Below are positions 21,051-33,946 of a DNA stretch of 36,235 bases, piece after piece; position 1 is the first letter of the stretch; each line of letters opens with the position of its first letter. The stretch is from Octopus bimaculoides. Taxonomy: Eukaryota. The notes below the pieces were generated by a model that saw only the letters and a program-made list of their open reading frames with translations, was not told the DNA's origin and did not search any database. The stretch spans positions 742,253-778,487 of the forward strand of contig NC_068990.1 in assembly GCF_001194135.2 (NCBI RefSeq), in the 5' to 3' direction. The translations under genes and the position numbers were made by a program.

Positions 21051-22564
21051 CCTACAAACAATTCCACTTCTCTATTTGCAAATTAACCGCTAGACCAGTT
21101 CTCTTATAAACCAATTCCTATAAACCATGAAGAATATTTGTTGGCTTTTTTTATTTTTTTAAAAATTTATATACATAAAATTATACTCAATAATAAATTA
21201 TCAAAATACCAAAAGGGAGTTGCCATATAGAACTGCTTCGTCATTTCAAACAATGTCTTAACTCTAAATTCACACACAATCCGGAAGCAATATAAAAAAT
21301 TCCGGATGGTCAGTTTGACGCGGATACATATGGTGTAATAGCAAAAGAAATAATAAAGGCGAGTAAAAGAATGAAAGCCACAGAGTTATAAAGCCTTCAG
21401 TAGAGATGTTATCAGTGATGGAGAACGAAAACCAGGAGACCAGCAAATAGTTAAAAATATTACACATTATTATGTGTAATATTTTAACTCTTTGCTTGCC
21501 TTCTGCTTTTAGTACTTCAGCAGCAATAACATCTTTACTGGAGGCATAGTATGGAAAACAAAAGAGGCGTGAAAGACCTACGCTGGTAACACCAGTGAAC
21601 ACACACACACACGTGTGTGTGTGTGTATATATATANNNNNNNNNNNNNNNNNNNNNNNNNNNNNNNNNNNNNNNNNNNNNNNNNNNNNNNNNNNNNNNNN
21701 NNNNNNNNNNNNNNNNNNNNNNNNNNNNNNNNNNNNNNNNNNNNNNNNNNNNNNNNNNNNNNNNNNNNNNNNNNNNNNNNNNNNNNNNGAAAATAACTGG
21801 TAATGTTTACATGGACACTAGGAAAATACGTCTCGTGTATCACATGTAATACACAGGACGGGCAAAAGGTTAAAACGCCCCAAACTCCGAGTGGTGGTAG
21901 CGGTGGGCGGATGCTGGTAAACTGGGTTGCATGTGAGGCCTAGAGCATCAAAAGAAAAAGAAAAAAACACGAAGCGACGTCAACTCACGTCGCTACATCT
22001 GTGATCCATTCTTAACAGAAATACATGCATCGTTGGAAAACAACTCCAGTTTAATTATCTTCCTTCGCAGTTGAGATTTTTCATAACAATACTTCTCTCC
22101 TGTTAACTTAGTAAAAAATGTTACAAATATGCCGTTAGAATTCAGTGTAATTTACTTCGGATGTCAGGTAATTAATTTATATCAAATGTCGGTAATTAAT
22201 TAATGCTCAATTTCTGTAATTATGCTTAATATGGTAGAAAAATACGTTGAGATTTTCTTGATATATTTGGCTGTTAAAATCTTGAATTAATAATGATTTC
22301 AAAATTAGGCACCACTTCCCAGATAAGCTCGACAATTGTATTTGGCAAGAAGCTTTTCGAGTCAGCACGGGAACCTCTACGCAGTGGATTAATCTGCTAG
22401 AAATTACAGTGGAACCTCCCTCAACTTACAACTTACCATCATAAGGAAAGAGACACGTCGGATAATATTTCCCTGGATTCATTACACGTGGGTAATAGAT
22501 AGGATGGTCATGGTTAGAATGCCTTTAATCGTAGAACTGTTGGGTAAGAGTTTACCTGAGACTA

Positions 22565-22890
22565 AATGACAACAACTCGTACATTATTTTATCGTGTCTA
22601 AAAGAACGAACGACTAAGTCAACTCCGGCGCGACTTGAAATCAGAATGTCAACATGGGTACCTTAAATACACCTGGGTATCCGTACTTCTACCAATTCTC
22701 TCGCTACCTATAATAAAAATTGAAAATCCCTTACATTGACACAAAGTCATAGTCACCAGACTAGGGATAAAGACAATTAAATCGACCCCTCTTCTTAATT
22801 AACTGGTACCTATTTTACGGAAAGAATAAAAAAGGGTATGAATAGAAAGAGAATCAAGTCAGCCTCATCGAGATTCGAGCTAAGAACATG
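22565..22890 (-). mobile_element. Two highly degraded SINE family B remnants
   Basis: TTTTATCG...AAGTCAACTCCGGCG..ACTTGAAATCAGAA and ATCGACCCC...AACTGGTACCTATTTT. Confidence 0.5.
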
Positions 22891-23586
22891 AAGATCTTTA
22901 ACTAAATACAGCTAAGAACAAATCAGGTACTGGTGGCAACCAATTTATACATATGCGTCTGTGTCTGTGCGCGTGCGCGTATACATACATACACACATTA
23001 AATACATACGTGTGTACGTGTCTATACACGTGTGTGTGTGTGTGTGTGTTACTTGTATACATACATACATATATATATATATCAAACACCTCTGCCACTA
23101 TCTCCCATATACGGGTGCTTACGCTTATCAAGTATTCCCTCTATATATATATATATATATATATATATGTAAGTGATAAACTATAGATTCTCAATAGAGT
23201 TCAAAGCCAGCACTGTAAGGTTACGACGTTTCGTATACGAATACGACTATGTAAACAATGAGATCGAAGATACAATCCATTTTCTATCTTCTGTCTTCTA
23301 TCTTTTGTTCGCATTGTTTACATAGATGTATTCGTAAACGAAACGTCGTAACTTACACTGCTGGCTTTGAATTTTATAGAAAATCTATAGTTTATCGCTT
23401 GAAAACGAGAATATCAATCACATTGCTAACACAAAAATGCAAGACACAATATTGAATTTCAGGCTCTTTGTCATATGCTATGGTTGCAAAACGAATAACT
23501 GTGTCCTTGACAATAATCAATATAAATATGTGTGTGTGTTTGTATGTGTGTGAATGTTTGCGCGCACGCATATATANNNNNNNNNN

Positions 23587-23587
<1 letters not shown>

Positions 23588-23639
<52 letters not shown>

Positions 23640-23655
23640 GTAAAGAGAGAGAGAG
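23588..23655. repeat. (GATA)n followed by (GA)n
   Basis: Direct reading. Confidence 0.95.
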
Positions 23656-24621
23656 AGGGAGTCAACAAATGAGATTCAGAGATGTTCAATATAGAAAATA
23701 CTTGGTTACATTCCAATGATTTGAACTTACACTCCGAAATCTTGACGGAAGACTAAGTCCACGGAGTAAAGAGTTGCTGCAAGAGAAATCCGGGTGAGAA
23801 GAAATGGAGATAATGATGCAAATAAACAAATAAAATCGCTTGGGCTAGATATATAAAACATACATACATATATACATGTAAAGAGAGAGAAAACAATATC
23901 CAGGCGATGAACATTCAAGTAAAAATATATAGATATTTATATATTAAGAGAGTAGACTTACACAGAGTATAAAGACATTGAAAATTAGGGGAAGAAGGTA
24001 AGGTATTGCAGGCCCGACAGCTGTTGGCAGATGTAGTTCACAGAAAGTTAAGGATATGCAACCTTTAGTGGAAGCTTGTAGACTTTAGGTAAATCTGGTC
24101 TTCGTCTTCTGGGTGGAGAGACGGGTATCTATTTCTTTTTATAGATATACAGTATTCTCAGTCATGTAGTTAAGATGTCTGCAACGCAAAAGAGTACTCA
24201 ACGTAGTTTGAAGGCAGAGTTATTTTACATTGCAAAGTTTACGTACAGCTTACAACATGCCTGTAGATTCATCAGAGTTTAGATTGTGACTGAGAGATGA
24301 AGCTGAAAATTGTTCACCAGTGGTGGGTGGAAATATGTGTGAATGGGGTTGGGTGGGGGTGGGGTGCATACAAACATTGACAAACGGCACCCCCAGAACA
24401 TTTAAGTGGGGGTATTACAGCTATTCTTACAAATAAGAATTTGACCGTGACCTCGAATTTTAACCAGCCATTGATTCGTCAAACTATTTTCCTCTGTGTA
24501 TGTGTGTGTGTGTGTATTTGTGTGTGTGTATTTGTGTGTGTGTATTTGTGTGTGTGTNNNNNNNNNNNNNNNNNNNNNNNNNNNNNNNNNNNNNNNNNNN
24601 NNNNNNNNNNNNNNNNNNNNN

Positions 24622-24659
<38 letters not shown>

Positions 24660-25744
24660 TATTTTACAGATTTAACATTTTAGCAAAAAATTCTGTTTTC
24701 GCAAATTCATTGCTAACTCCTCTGAAAACCAGAGCAGTTATTACTGAAACAGTAAAAGCAAAATTTCTTTCCTTAACACATTAAATCAAGAAAATGGAAA
24801 ACTATTGACTCTACAATTCTTGTATAGAGCTGTCTCTGGATTTCTGGTCTTCTTGAAGTTTGGTTCAAGAATTTTCAGACGGCGCGGATTCGTTTCCTGC
24901 AGTTAACCTTTAATTCTTTTTTTCTTTTTCATTTTTTATTCAAGCAGTTGTTTTATATCCAATATATAAACATGCTATTATTTATAGCTGTATATATAAT
25001 GTATGTATATAGTGAGAGAAAGGGAGGGGGTAGACATATATATACGTTAGGGTGTATATATGTGATTACATGTTCGTATATACACATATGTGTATGTTAT
25101 GTGTATGTGTGCGCGCGCGTGTGTGATTAGTTACAGGTATTTATTCTGCAAAGCTAATTACGAATTAATTCCAACCAGATGTTAAGATAGTTAATTTTTA
25201 ATGGAATACTTAGTGAAAGAAATCTAGGCATTAAGCATCTCAGTTTCATTAACAAAGTTATATGTTATTCATTTCTATTTATTTCACATGATACCTTGAA
25301 CAAAAATACCATCCACCTATCCATCTATCCATCTATCCATCTATCTCTCTCTCTCTCTCTGTCCCCCTCTCTCTCTGTCCCTTTCTCTCTCTGTCCCTCT
25401 CTTCCCTTTCTCTGTCACTATCTGTCCCACCCTCTCTCTTCCCCTCTTTCTCATCCCAGTCTCTCCCCCTGTTTCTCTGTGCATTTACAAAAGTATGGAT
25501 GCATATTTTACCAATATGTAAGAGAGAACTGAAAGAGATATCTGAATGACTGTTTTATATTTTGAAATTAAAGTATTGATACATTATTCGAATTTGAAAC
25601 ACTGGTCAGTGGTATAAATGCTAACAATATACAATGGAATACAACAAAGGAAAATTTCCATCCCTTGATATTTTAATTAAAAAAAGTCAATAGCCAAATC
25701 GACATCTATTATAAATCTACATATCTACAATTTAATACTTGCCA

Positions 25745-26012
25745 TCCGAGAGGCCATGAAGTATCTAGATTCCAAGGATCCTAAGGTGGCAGCAGCTGGG
25801 CATTGAAATTTGCATGGGCAGAAGGTGGTCTGTTGTCAGAGAGCTACAGATAGCTGAAGAACGGTTGAGACAGAACATTCTTATTGGGACTGTTGTGATA
25901 AGACGTTTAAGCTTCCAATCTATTAGATCGGTATCACCGAAGGAAAAGAGTGATAACGTCTTCACCAAGAAGAAATCAATATAGTTGTTGAGGAAGCCAG
26001 TGTAGTGGCATG
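25745..26012 (+). mobile_element. Fragment of a Hero/NeSL-like RLE non-LTR retrotransposon (post-RT region)
   Basis: DSKDPKVAAAG...ICMGRRWSVVRELQIAEERLRQNILIGTV...LHQEEINIVVEEA resembles the S.DP.V...GRKW.A...AE.RL....+G.V segment I recall from Hero-type elements. Confidence 0.6.
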
Positions 26013-28035
26013 AGATGATTTTTCATTTTCCGAATTTTTTTTTACAAGAGAAACAAACTTTTCCCAAACAGTTTTCTCTACTGGGCTTAATTTTTCTTGA
26101 AAAAGCTCATCACAAATTAGTGTGCGAATTTCTGGTCCAATAAAAAAAAAAACAGCTTTGATCTTAGCTTCACCCTTGCTAGAAAAAATCATTCACTGAG
26201 ATATTTGAATCCTTTACCATCTCCATTCATGTCTCTAACAAAATTCTTAAACAAACCAGGTTTAATGTGTAAGTGGAGAAGGTAAGTTTTCAGAGAGTCA
26301 ACTAAAAGGATATATTTAACGTTGTATCTCCCTGGAGTGAAATCACTTCTCTTTGGCCACTTTTTTTTATCATAGTGATGCTTGTCATCTCTGCTGTTCC
26401 AAAGGTACAAAAAGCACTGATGATTTGTATACTCCATTTGCAACCCAAGACGGAAACCAATAACTTTCAGGTCTCTTCATATATTCCACTTGTGTTCAGA
26501 ATATTTAATCATGTGCAAAATTTTATCCATTGATCCGTAAGTTTCCTTTGAATCCCACAGTATGTGCTAGTGGTATTGAAGATTTTTGACTGCCATTATG
26601 CAGCAAAACAGCTTTAAGGCATGCTTTGCTGGAATCTATGAAGAGTCTCCATTCTTCAGGATTATGGCCGTACCCCATCTCATGGAGGATTCCTTCAACA
26701 TCACAGCAAAACAAATACCGTCTTTCTCCGTAAAAAAATCATGCAATTCTGTATTCGAAAATACGAGCATTTTGCACCATCGTGTAAAAGATTCCATTGT
26801 TTCAACCTGAAGCCCAGTTCTGACTTTGCTTTTGTTAGACCCAAGTCTCTAACTAAATCATTTAACTCAAGTTGACTTAATAAACGGAGAACATTTTTGA
26901 CGATCCTGGTTCATCACAGTGATCTGCTCTATTACTCGGCACACCTTCAATTGAAGTAGATGCAGTACTTTCTTCACTTGAAATTTGTAAAATGATGAAG
27001 GAGGTTCTGGAATAGGAATATGTTCATCAGCATGATCAACTGATTTTAAAGCTGAAGGGAAATCTGGATAAACAATCTTGGATTTGTTCTTCTTAGAGAA
27101 ACCTGTGATGTTAGTTAAGCAGAAATAACAATCGGTATAGTGGTTTGTTGGTTCGCACCATATCATCGGTACTGCAAATGGCATACTTTTCTGTTTACGA
27201 TTCAGTCATTGGGTTAGTGCTATGTAGCAGTTTTTGCAGTAAACATGAGGGTCCCACAGTTTATCTTGGTCCCCAAAGTAAAGCTTGTAAGTATTTAGAG
27301 ATTTCCTTGCAAGCTTATTTCTCTGATCTTTTGGCGTAAATTTTCCACACACGTAACAAAAGCTGTCCAGGTGATTAACACAAACTTTTCTGCTCATCAT
27401 AAATACGTAGAGTAATAACCTAAATCAACAATCAAAGAAGCCTATCAGTAAACTAAAATATAAAATTATTCAACTGTAAATGTTACTGCAAAACATCAAA
27501 ATATATTTCTCAAAAAAAAAAAAAAAATCATTGAAACTATTGCAGAATGTACTGAAGCTATGGCTATCACGAAACAATTCTTTCCATCTCTAAATTTCAA
27601 ACATCGTTCACTTTAATAAATAACTGATCTAAACTACTTTCCATATATCCTGGCTCTCTTATTTGATGTACTTTGTTTTAACAGCACTAGCTGTTATCTA
27701 GAAAAGGGAGTCTGGGTGGCTTACTATAATCTAATATCAATAACCTACTGTGAGAAGAACTTTACTATAATTACAGCGATAACAAAGTAAAATAAATTCT
27801 CATCCTGTGTGGCAATTTAACAGGTAGCCTACATTTCCCTCTATCGGTACTTATTTTTGTTTCGGTGATGAGTATATGAATGAAAATGGAAAGCAATGAG
27901 CCAACTACTTTGTCAATGGTATCAATTGGTTGGAAAATCTGATGCTATGAATAACAAAAAAAAAACAAAAAAAAAAACTACACGTGCTGTCTGAAAACTG
28001 ATGTCAGATTCGGATTCAGCACCCGAAAATTACCC
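26013..28035 (-). mobile_element. Second Chapaev3-like transposon, 3'-truncated and decayed
   Basis: CVNHLDSFCYVCGKF; MPFAVPMIWCEPTNHYTDCYFC; EEWRLFIDSSKACLKAVLLHNG; LHIKPGLFKNFVRDM; FIGPEIRTL. The subterminal motif GTCAGATTCGGATTCAGCACCC at ~28004-28025 resembles 10097-10115 of copy 1. Confidence 0.85.
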
Positions 28036-28839
28036 CTCCCCACCATACATATATGTACATACATATATATATGCATAGCTATACATATATATGTACATGT
28101 ATATGCATATATATGTGTATGTGTTTGTGTGTGTGTGCGTGAACACTACACATATATATGCATATATCTGTGTGTATATACACATGCATTTGTGTATATC
28201 TATTTTACTACGTAAGTAGGTTAAGTTTACACGTAAGCACTATATTATCTTTTCGTGTATCACTGATAAAATTAGCGCCAGCTGGAAAAGCAAAAATAAC
28301 CTCTCCCACCGAGGAAAAAAAAAATTTGGAAGACAACATCAACAACAGCAAAGATAAAATAAAAAATATATATATACAAAATTAGATAATACAAAAATCC
28401 AAGTTTTTTTTTCTTCTCCCTTTATACACCTGGGCAAGGGGAGATTGACATAAGCAGAAGGAAGAGATGTAGGCGTGTGGAATAAGGTAATCGTAAGTCT
28501 TTAATCAATTCAAAACTTTTTTCATCACTTCTTGGATTATCAACAACTCTTCTAAATCTGAAAATCCGGCAGGTGTTCCGAGTAACATTGTTGTTTGAAA
28601 TGTGCATATAAGAGTAGCAGTAGTAGTAGTAGTAGTAGCGGAAGAGGAGACTGAAAATAACCAATCAAATATTTGGGAAATCTTATTTTTGATCTTGACG
28701 TAATGCTGAAAAGTAAATCTATCTTAAACCCTTGTCATCACGGATTATGAAGACACACGGACATGACGGAAGTAACTGAACACTCTTATAATTATTAAAA
28801 TTTATTTAAATCTGAAATTATACATTCAAATTATTTATT

Positions 28840-29830
28840 ATTTATTATAATGTAAATATTTGATATTTAGTAGACGAGCCCTTTGCATTTTTCAATGCAA
28901 AGGTTCGATAAGGCATGCGACTGATCAGATGACGAAGATTCTCTTGGGGAATCTCTTGCCAAGTCTCATGCAGTAATCTCAAAAGATCTGGCTTTGAGGA
29001 TGCTTTCTTGTCCGTTTTACGAACTGTCCTGTTCATTATTCCTCAGAGAGGTGTTCAACAGGGTTCATATCTGGTGACTGGCTTGGCCATGGAAGTTTTT
29101 TAATGCCATTCTTTTCCAACCAATCTTGGATCATTTTAGCAGTGTGACAAGGAGTCCCATCTACCATAAATAAAGAATCTTCTTTAATCATTTCTCCATT
29201 GGAGAAGATTGGAAGGAATCCTTTCGGCAATATAGAAACATATTTACCTGAGTTTATGTTTCCATCACACACCGCCAGCTCTGATTGACCATTGCTCTAA
29301 ATTGCTCCCAGACCATCACAGAATAGCTGCCTTGTCTCATTGTTGGCAGCAATCTTTTCATATCAGATTCTTGATTACAGAGTCTCCAGACCCACATTCG
29401 ACCACTGTTAGAAAATACAGCAAATCTGAACTCATCAGAGAATATGATAGTGTCCCAAAATGCTAGCAGCCACTCCATCATCTCACTGGCCCAATATTTC
29501 CTCCATTTGATATTAGCTGGTTGAAGAAGTGACCTCCTTCTTGCTTCATAGTAGCCAGGTTTGTAGAAATACCTGACAGCTGTTCTGATTGCCTCATCTT
29601 GTCAGATGATAGCCGTCTCACATTACAGTGAGTCACCTGTATGTCATTGGATTTCAGTGACAAAAGCTTGCACCACACTTTCGCCACTCCCTCGGTCTCT
29701 CTCAGAAGAACAGCTTTACCAACAGCTTTATCATGAAAAAAAAAAAACGAAAAAAAAACGGGAGCCTCCGCAACCCCTAAGAAATCTATTAGTTTCTTTG
29801 TCAAAGCTCTTTCATCACACATCATGTGAC
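28840..29830 (-). pseudogene. Tc1-family DDE transposase relic
   Basis: WDTIIFSDEFRF...RMWVWR; SVMVW; YVSIL...FMVDGTPCHTAK...W...LPWPSQSPDMNPVEHL; L...W.EIP...L..LI..MP.R. Frameshifted; TIRs not found. Confidence 0.9.
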
Positions 29831-30885
29831 CTCTTCAGCGACTCTTTATCTCACGTGACTCATCTTGTTCTTCAGAGGAGACACGTGAAATATGTACATT
29901 ACTACACAGCGTGCAGCTAACTAAATGGTCAAGTATTTGACGGGGTACATTGATATTGGAAATATATAATTGTTACTAATTCCTTTGAGTGGATATCAAA
30001 GGAACGGAAAATCAGAAAGAAAGGAGACATACTGACAATTATATTAATAGATACTTTTTGGACCGACGGTAATAACATTAAATTTGGTTCTTTTACTATT
30101 TCGACCATTTGTAAAACCCACTTTTCAAAACATATTAAAAATAAAAATAAAACCGAAGCAGAACGAAATACGATTCAAAANNNNNNNNNNNNNNNNNNNN
30201 NNNNNNNNNNNNNNNNNNNNNNNNNNNNNNNNNNNNNNNNNNNNNNNNNNNNNNNNNNNNNNNNNNNNNNNNNNNNNNNNTATTTGACCGTGTGTGTGTG
30301 CGTATGTCCATGTATACATACTGTAACGTTACAACATTGCATCGATGTTCATAGAACCACAAGAGAAGACTGAAGGTAAAGCAAAATCAATAATGTAAAT
30401 CAAACTGAATTGATGGCCAAACATTGAGTTTTAATGCGGTTCCATCCGAGGAATTGCCAAAATCATACTAAACACCAATGGAAATAAATATGAAGTATGT
30501 CCACGATAGTAAATGAGATCCATTTTCCATTCTCTTCTGCGTTCGTCCCTTCCCATTATAAATTATTCCCTCTCGCTTACTATCACTCTAGAGTTTATGC
30601 AAGGAATATATTTAAATGTGATCGCTATAGGGATTCGAAACACAAATGACATACTCCATATCTATTTTCATTGGTGCTTAAATCAAGTCTTGTTTATTGT
30701 AGCATTTCTTCAAACATGTGTAGAATATCAGTTAATGCTTAGGCTGGAAATCCTTTCACGTTATCTCACCTTTGACTACCTCCCCTTTCACCTCGTTTTC
30801 CACTTCACTCCGCCTCTTTCTTACAATTTGCAGAACTTCAAAGGATAAAAAAAATGGAACATATGCTAATTAAAAGCTAAATCAT

Positions 30886-31062
30886 GCGTCGCTTTGTGGC
30901 AAGAAGATTGCTTCCCAAATACATGGTTCCGGGTTCAGTCCCACTGCATGGTACCTTGGCTAGGCGTCTTTTACTATAGTCGCGGCCTGACCAAAGCGTT
31001 TTGAGTGGATTTCGTAGACGGAAACTGAAAGAAGACCGACGAACACACACACACACACACAC
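30886..31062 (+). mobile_element. SINE family A head followed by (CA)n and a gap
   Basis: GGTTCCGGGTTCAGTCCCACTGC...CCTTGG...GAAACTGAAAGAAGACCGACG. Confidence 0.85.
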
Positions 31063-31494
31063 ANNNNNNNNNNNNNNNNNNNNNNNNNNNNNNNNNNNNN
31101 NNNNNNNNNNNNNNNNNNNNNNNNNNNNNNNNNNNNNNNNNNNNNNNNNNNNNNNNNNNNNNNNNNNNNNNNNNNNNNNNNNNNNNNNNNNNNNNNNNNN
31201 NNNNNNNNNNNNNNNNNNNNNNNNNNNNNNNNNNNNNNNNNNNNNNNNNNNNNNNNNNNNNNNNNNNNNNNNNNNNNNNNNNNNNNNNNNNNNNNNNNNN
31301 NNNNNNNNNNNNNNNNNNNNNNNNNNNNNNNNNNNNNNNNNNNNNNNNNNNNNNGTAAATGAAGGGTTAATTCGACTAAGTGACATGTCATGCGTCTGAT
31401 TGCAAGATTCTAGGCCCTAACCTTGTCGTGGAAAAGTGGAGGGATATGTGATTTTTGAACGCACCAAAAAGTGTTTTGTGTTTATGCTTGAACA

Positions 31495-31672
31495 TCGCTT
31501 GACACCCGGTTTGTTTGTGTCACCGTATCTAGCGGTTTGGCAAAAGAGACGATAGAATAAGTACGAGGTTTTAAAAAATGAGGACTGCGGGGATTCGTTC
31601 GACAAATACCATTCATGGTAGTGCACCAGCTTGGCCGCAGTCCAATGGCTGAAGCAAGTACAAGATAAAATA
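31495..31672 (+). mobile_element. SINE family A tail
   Basis: CATCGCTTGACACCCGG...GGCAAAAGAGACGATAGAATAAGTAC...CCAGCTTGGCCGCAGTC. Confidence 0.8.
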
Positions 31673-32238
31673 TAGAGATGCTCTGAAGGATGTAATTTGT
31701 GTCACTGAGACTTCTTTGTTCGATACAGTTACATCTCAAACTCAACAGTTTTTTCTAAATTAATTATTCTAAATTAATCTGAGGAATTTCAACTATGTTT
31801 CGTGGTCTGCTACCATAACAGCTCCTTTATAGGATCCAGTTAGCTCAAGACATCATCAGGAGGAACCACGTCCGGTTTCGGCCCCTACTCCGCTACCGTT
31901 TTGACGTGGCGCCCCTTCCCCTTTCGGAGGTGTCTTCAGCTCTGGTGTTGGGTGCATGTCTTCTTTCACTGTTTGTGACTGTTCTAATTCAACTGTGGAA
32001 TGTCCCTCGCTATGGTTATTTTCCAGGAGGTTCTGGCCACACGTCTTACGGTTCAATACGTCAGCAATTATGAATAGTGATAGCAACAAGAGGGAAGCTG
32101 AAAGAAAGAAAAAGGCGAAGACAATGGAAGGCCGCCTTGCCAGCCGACTTCAGACCGGCCCATTAATGCGCAAAGCTGGGTGCCGGACGAGAAGTCAAAG
32201 ATATACGTGGTCACCGGTACCTGAACACTTGGCACATT

Positions 32239-32271
<33 letters not shown>

Positions 32272-33084
32272 CCTCCACTGTCCAAGAACACATATATCTC
32301 TATTCAGGGTTTTGCTATTTAATATCAATTATGAATCGTTTTGATGGTTTTCTCCTTAATGTGTTAAACCATCCACCTATCTTTTTCTGAATTTTTTTCC
32401 ATATTAAATTTCATTTTCCCCCAGCCATCCCGAGTATAGGCTGCGTAGTAAAATGTTTGCNNNNNNNNNNNNNNNNNNNNNNNNNNNNNNNNNNNNNNNN
32501 NNNNNNNNNNNNNNNNNNNNNNNNNNNNNNNNNNNNNNNNNNNNNNNNNNNNNNNNNNNNNNNNNNNNNNNNNNNNNNNNNNNNNNNNNNNNNNNNNNNN
32601 NNNNNNNNNNNNNNNNNNNNNNNNNNNNNNNNNNNNNNNNNNNNNNNNNNNNNNNNNNNNNNNNNNNNNNNNNNNNNNNNNNNNNNNNNNNNNNNNNNNN
32701 NNNNNNNNNNNNNNNNNNNNNNNNNNNNNNNNNNNNNNNNNNNNNNNNNNNNNNNNNNNNNNNNNNNNNNNNNNNNNNNNNNNNNNNNNNNNNNNNNNNN
32801 NNNNNNNNNNNNNNNNNNNNNNNNNNNNNNNNNNNNNNNNNNNNNNNNNNNNNNNNNNNNNNNNNNNNNNNNNNNNNNNNNNNNNNNNNNNNNNNNNNNN
32901 NNNNNCAGCAAAGACCTAGAAAATGAGTACAAGGCTTAAAAGTAAAAGAGAAAGACAGAGACACCTGGATCTGCACGAGGGACAGACTGGTGCCCCTTCT
33001 CTACGATTGCGAGGGAGGGATATGCGTTTTTCTCTTAGGATATTATTGTATATTTTAAGAATACTATTTGCATTCCTAAACAAG

Positions 33085-33205
33085 CGGGGATGCATGGCTC
33101 AGTGGTCAGGGTGTTGGACTCAAGATCGTAAGATTATGGTTTCGATTCTTGGACTGGGTGATGCGTTGTGTCCTTGAGAAAAACACTTCATTTCACACTG
33201 CCACA
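33085..33205 (+). mobile_element. tRNA-derived SINE family D, head fragment
   Basis: TGGCTCAGTGGTCAGGG (box A), GGTTTCGATTCTT (box B), GCGTTGTGTCCTTGAG...ACACTTCATTTCAC; homologous to 35740-35846 (-). Confidence 0.75.
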
Positions 33206-33614
33206 CTCTACTCATCACGTCCAGGGAGGAGTGTATGAGCCAGAGAAACCAGGAAACCGGTGCTACGCTCCTCACGAAGTATTGTCGACTGACCTTTTAT
33301 ATTTAAGGCTCTAACTTTGAATAGAGAGTGGTTGAGGGTTGAGTAGGAATATTATATTATAATGTGGAAGAAAGACAGACAACTCTAATGGCGGTATGTT
33401 CAGCTTATGAAATTCTTACCCAATATCATGATTCACATGCTTGGCTATTCTAGAAACAGCTGTAAGAGACTCTATACCGTTATATTCTCTATCTAAATTA
33501 AATGTCTTTTTCGAACGACGCCAAACGTTTTGTTTTTTCGTGTCTACTTTAATCTATATCTATGCGCTCAATGAGAAACCACCTCTAATCACCTTTGATA
33601 AGCGGTCTCAACAT

Positions 33615-33946
33615 CAGAGCTGCCCAACCTGAGGCTTGCGAGCCCCGTGCGGCCCGCAAACTCTTATCTTGCGGCCCGCTTGATACTTTCTTGAAATGGG
33701 CTTATTTAAACAAACATTTTAAATATTTTATCAAAAAATTAAAGATTGTAATGAAAAATAAAAAAAAGAAACATACTACTGTTTTTACAACGATAATATT
33801 TCATGTTGAATCAACGATCATTCATTCATTATTGTAATAATAGCATGAGAAAGCAAAATGCTTTCAGTTCTGTCAGTATACAAGTGGCCCTTAGAAAACT
33901 CTGCGATTTAAGTGGCCCGCAATGTAATTCGAGTTGGCCAGGCCTG
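33615..33946. mobile_element. hAT MITE, 332 bp, with perfect 8-bp TSD
   Basis: TIRs CAGAGCTGCCCAAC and GTTGGCCAGGCCTG match 11/14, with subterminal GGCCC motifs. CTCAACAT is duplicated at 33607-33614 and 33947-33954. Confidence 0.9.

Noticed and set aside
20565-21086. 173-aa ORF and the overlapping 125-aa antisense ORF
   Set aside because: Both lie wholly within SINE B copies; chance read-through.
21270-21608. 112-aa hydrophobic minus-strand ORF
   Set aside because: It starts in a microsatellite and has no motif; its hydrophobicity is explained by T-rich composition.
21974-21993. Hairpin GCGACGT-CAACTC-ACGTCGC
   Set aside because: A single 7-bp stem is expected by chance in 36 kb and has no supporting context.
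24010-24090. AG...GT-bounded segment resembling a short exon
   Set aside because: All three frames contain a stop at or before the putative donor, and the pyrimidine tract is poor.
28660-29960. Search for Tc1 terminal inverted repeats and TA TSD
   Set aside because: No convincing inverted pair was found by eye, so only the transposase relic is reported.
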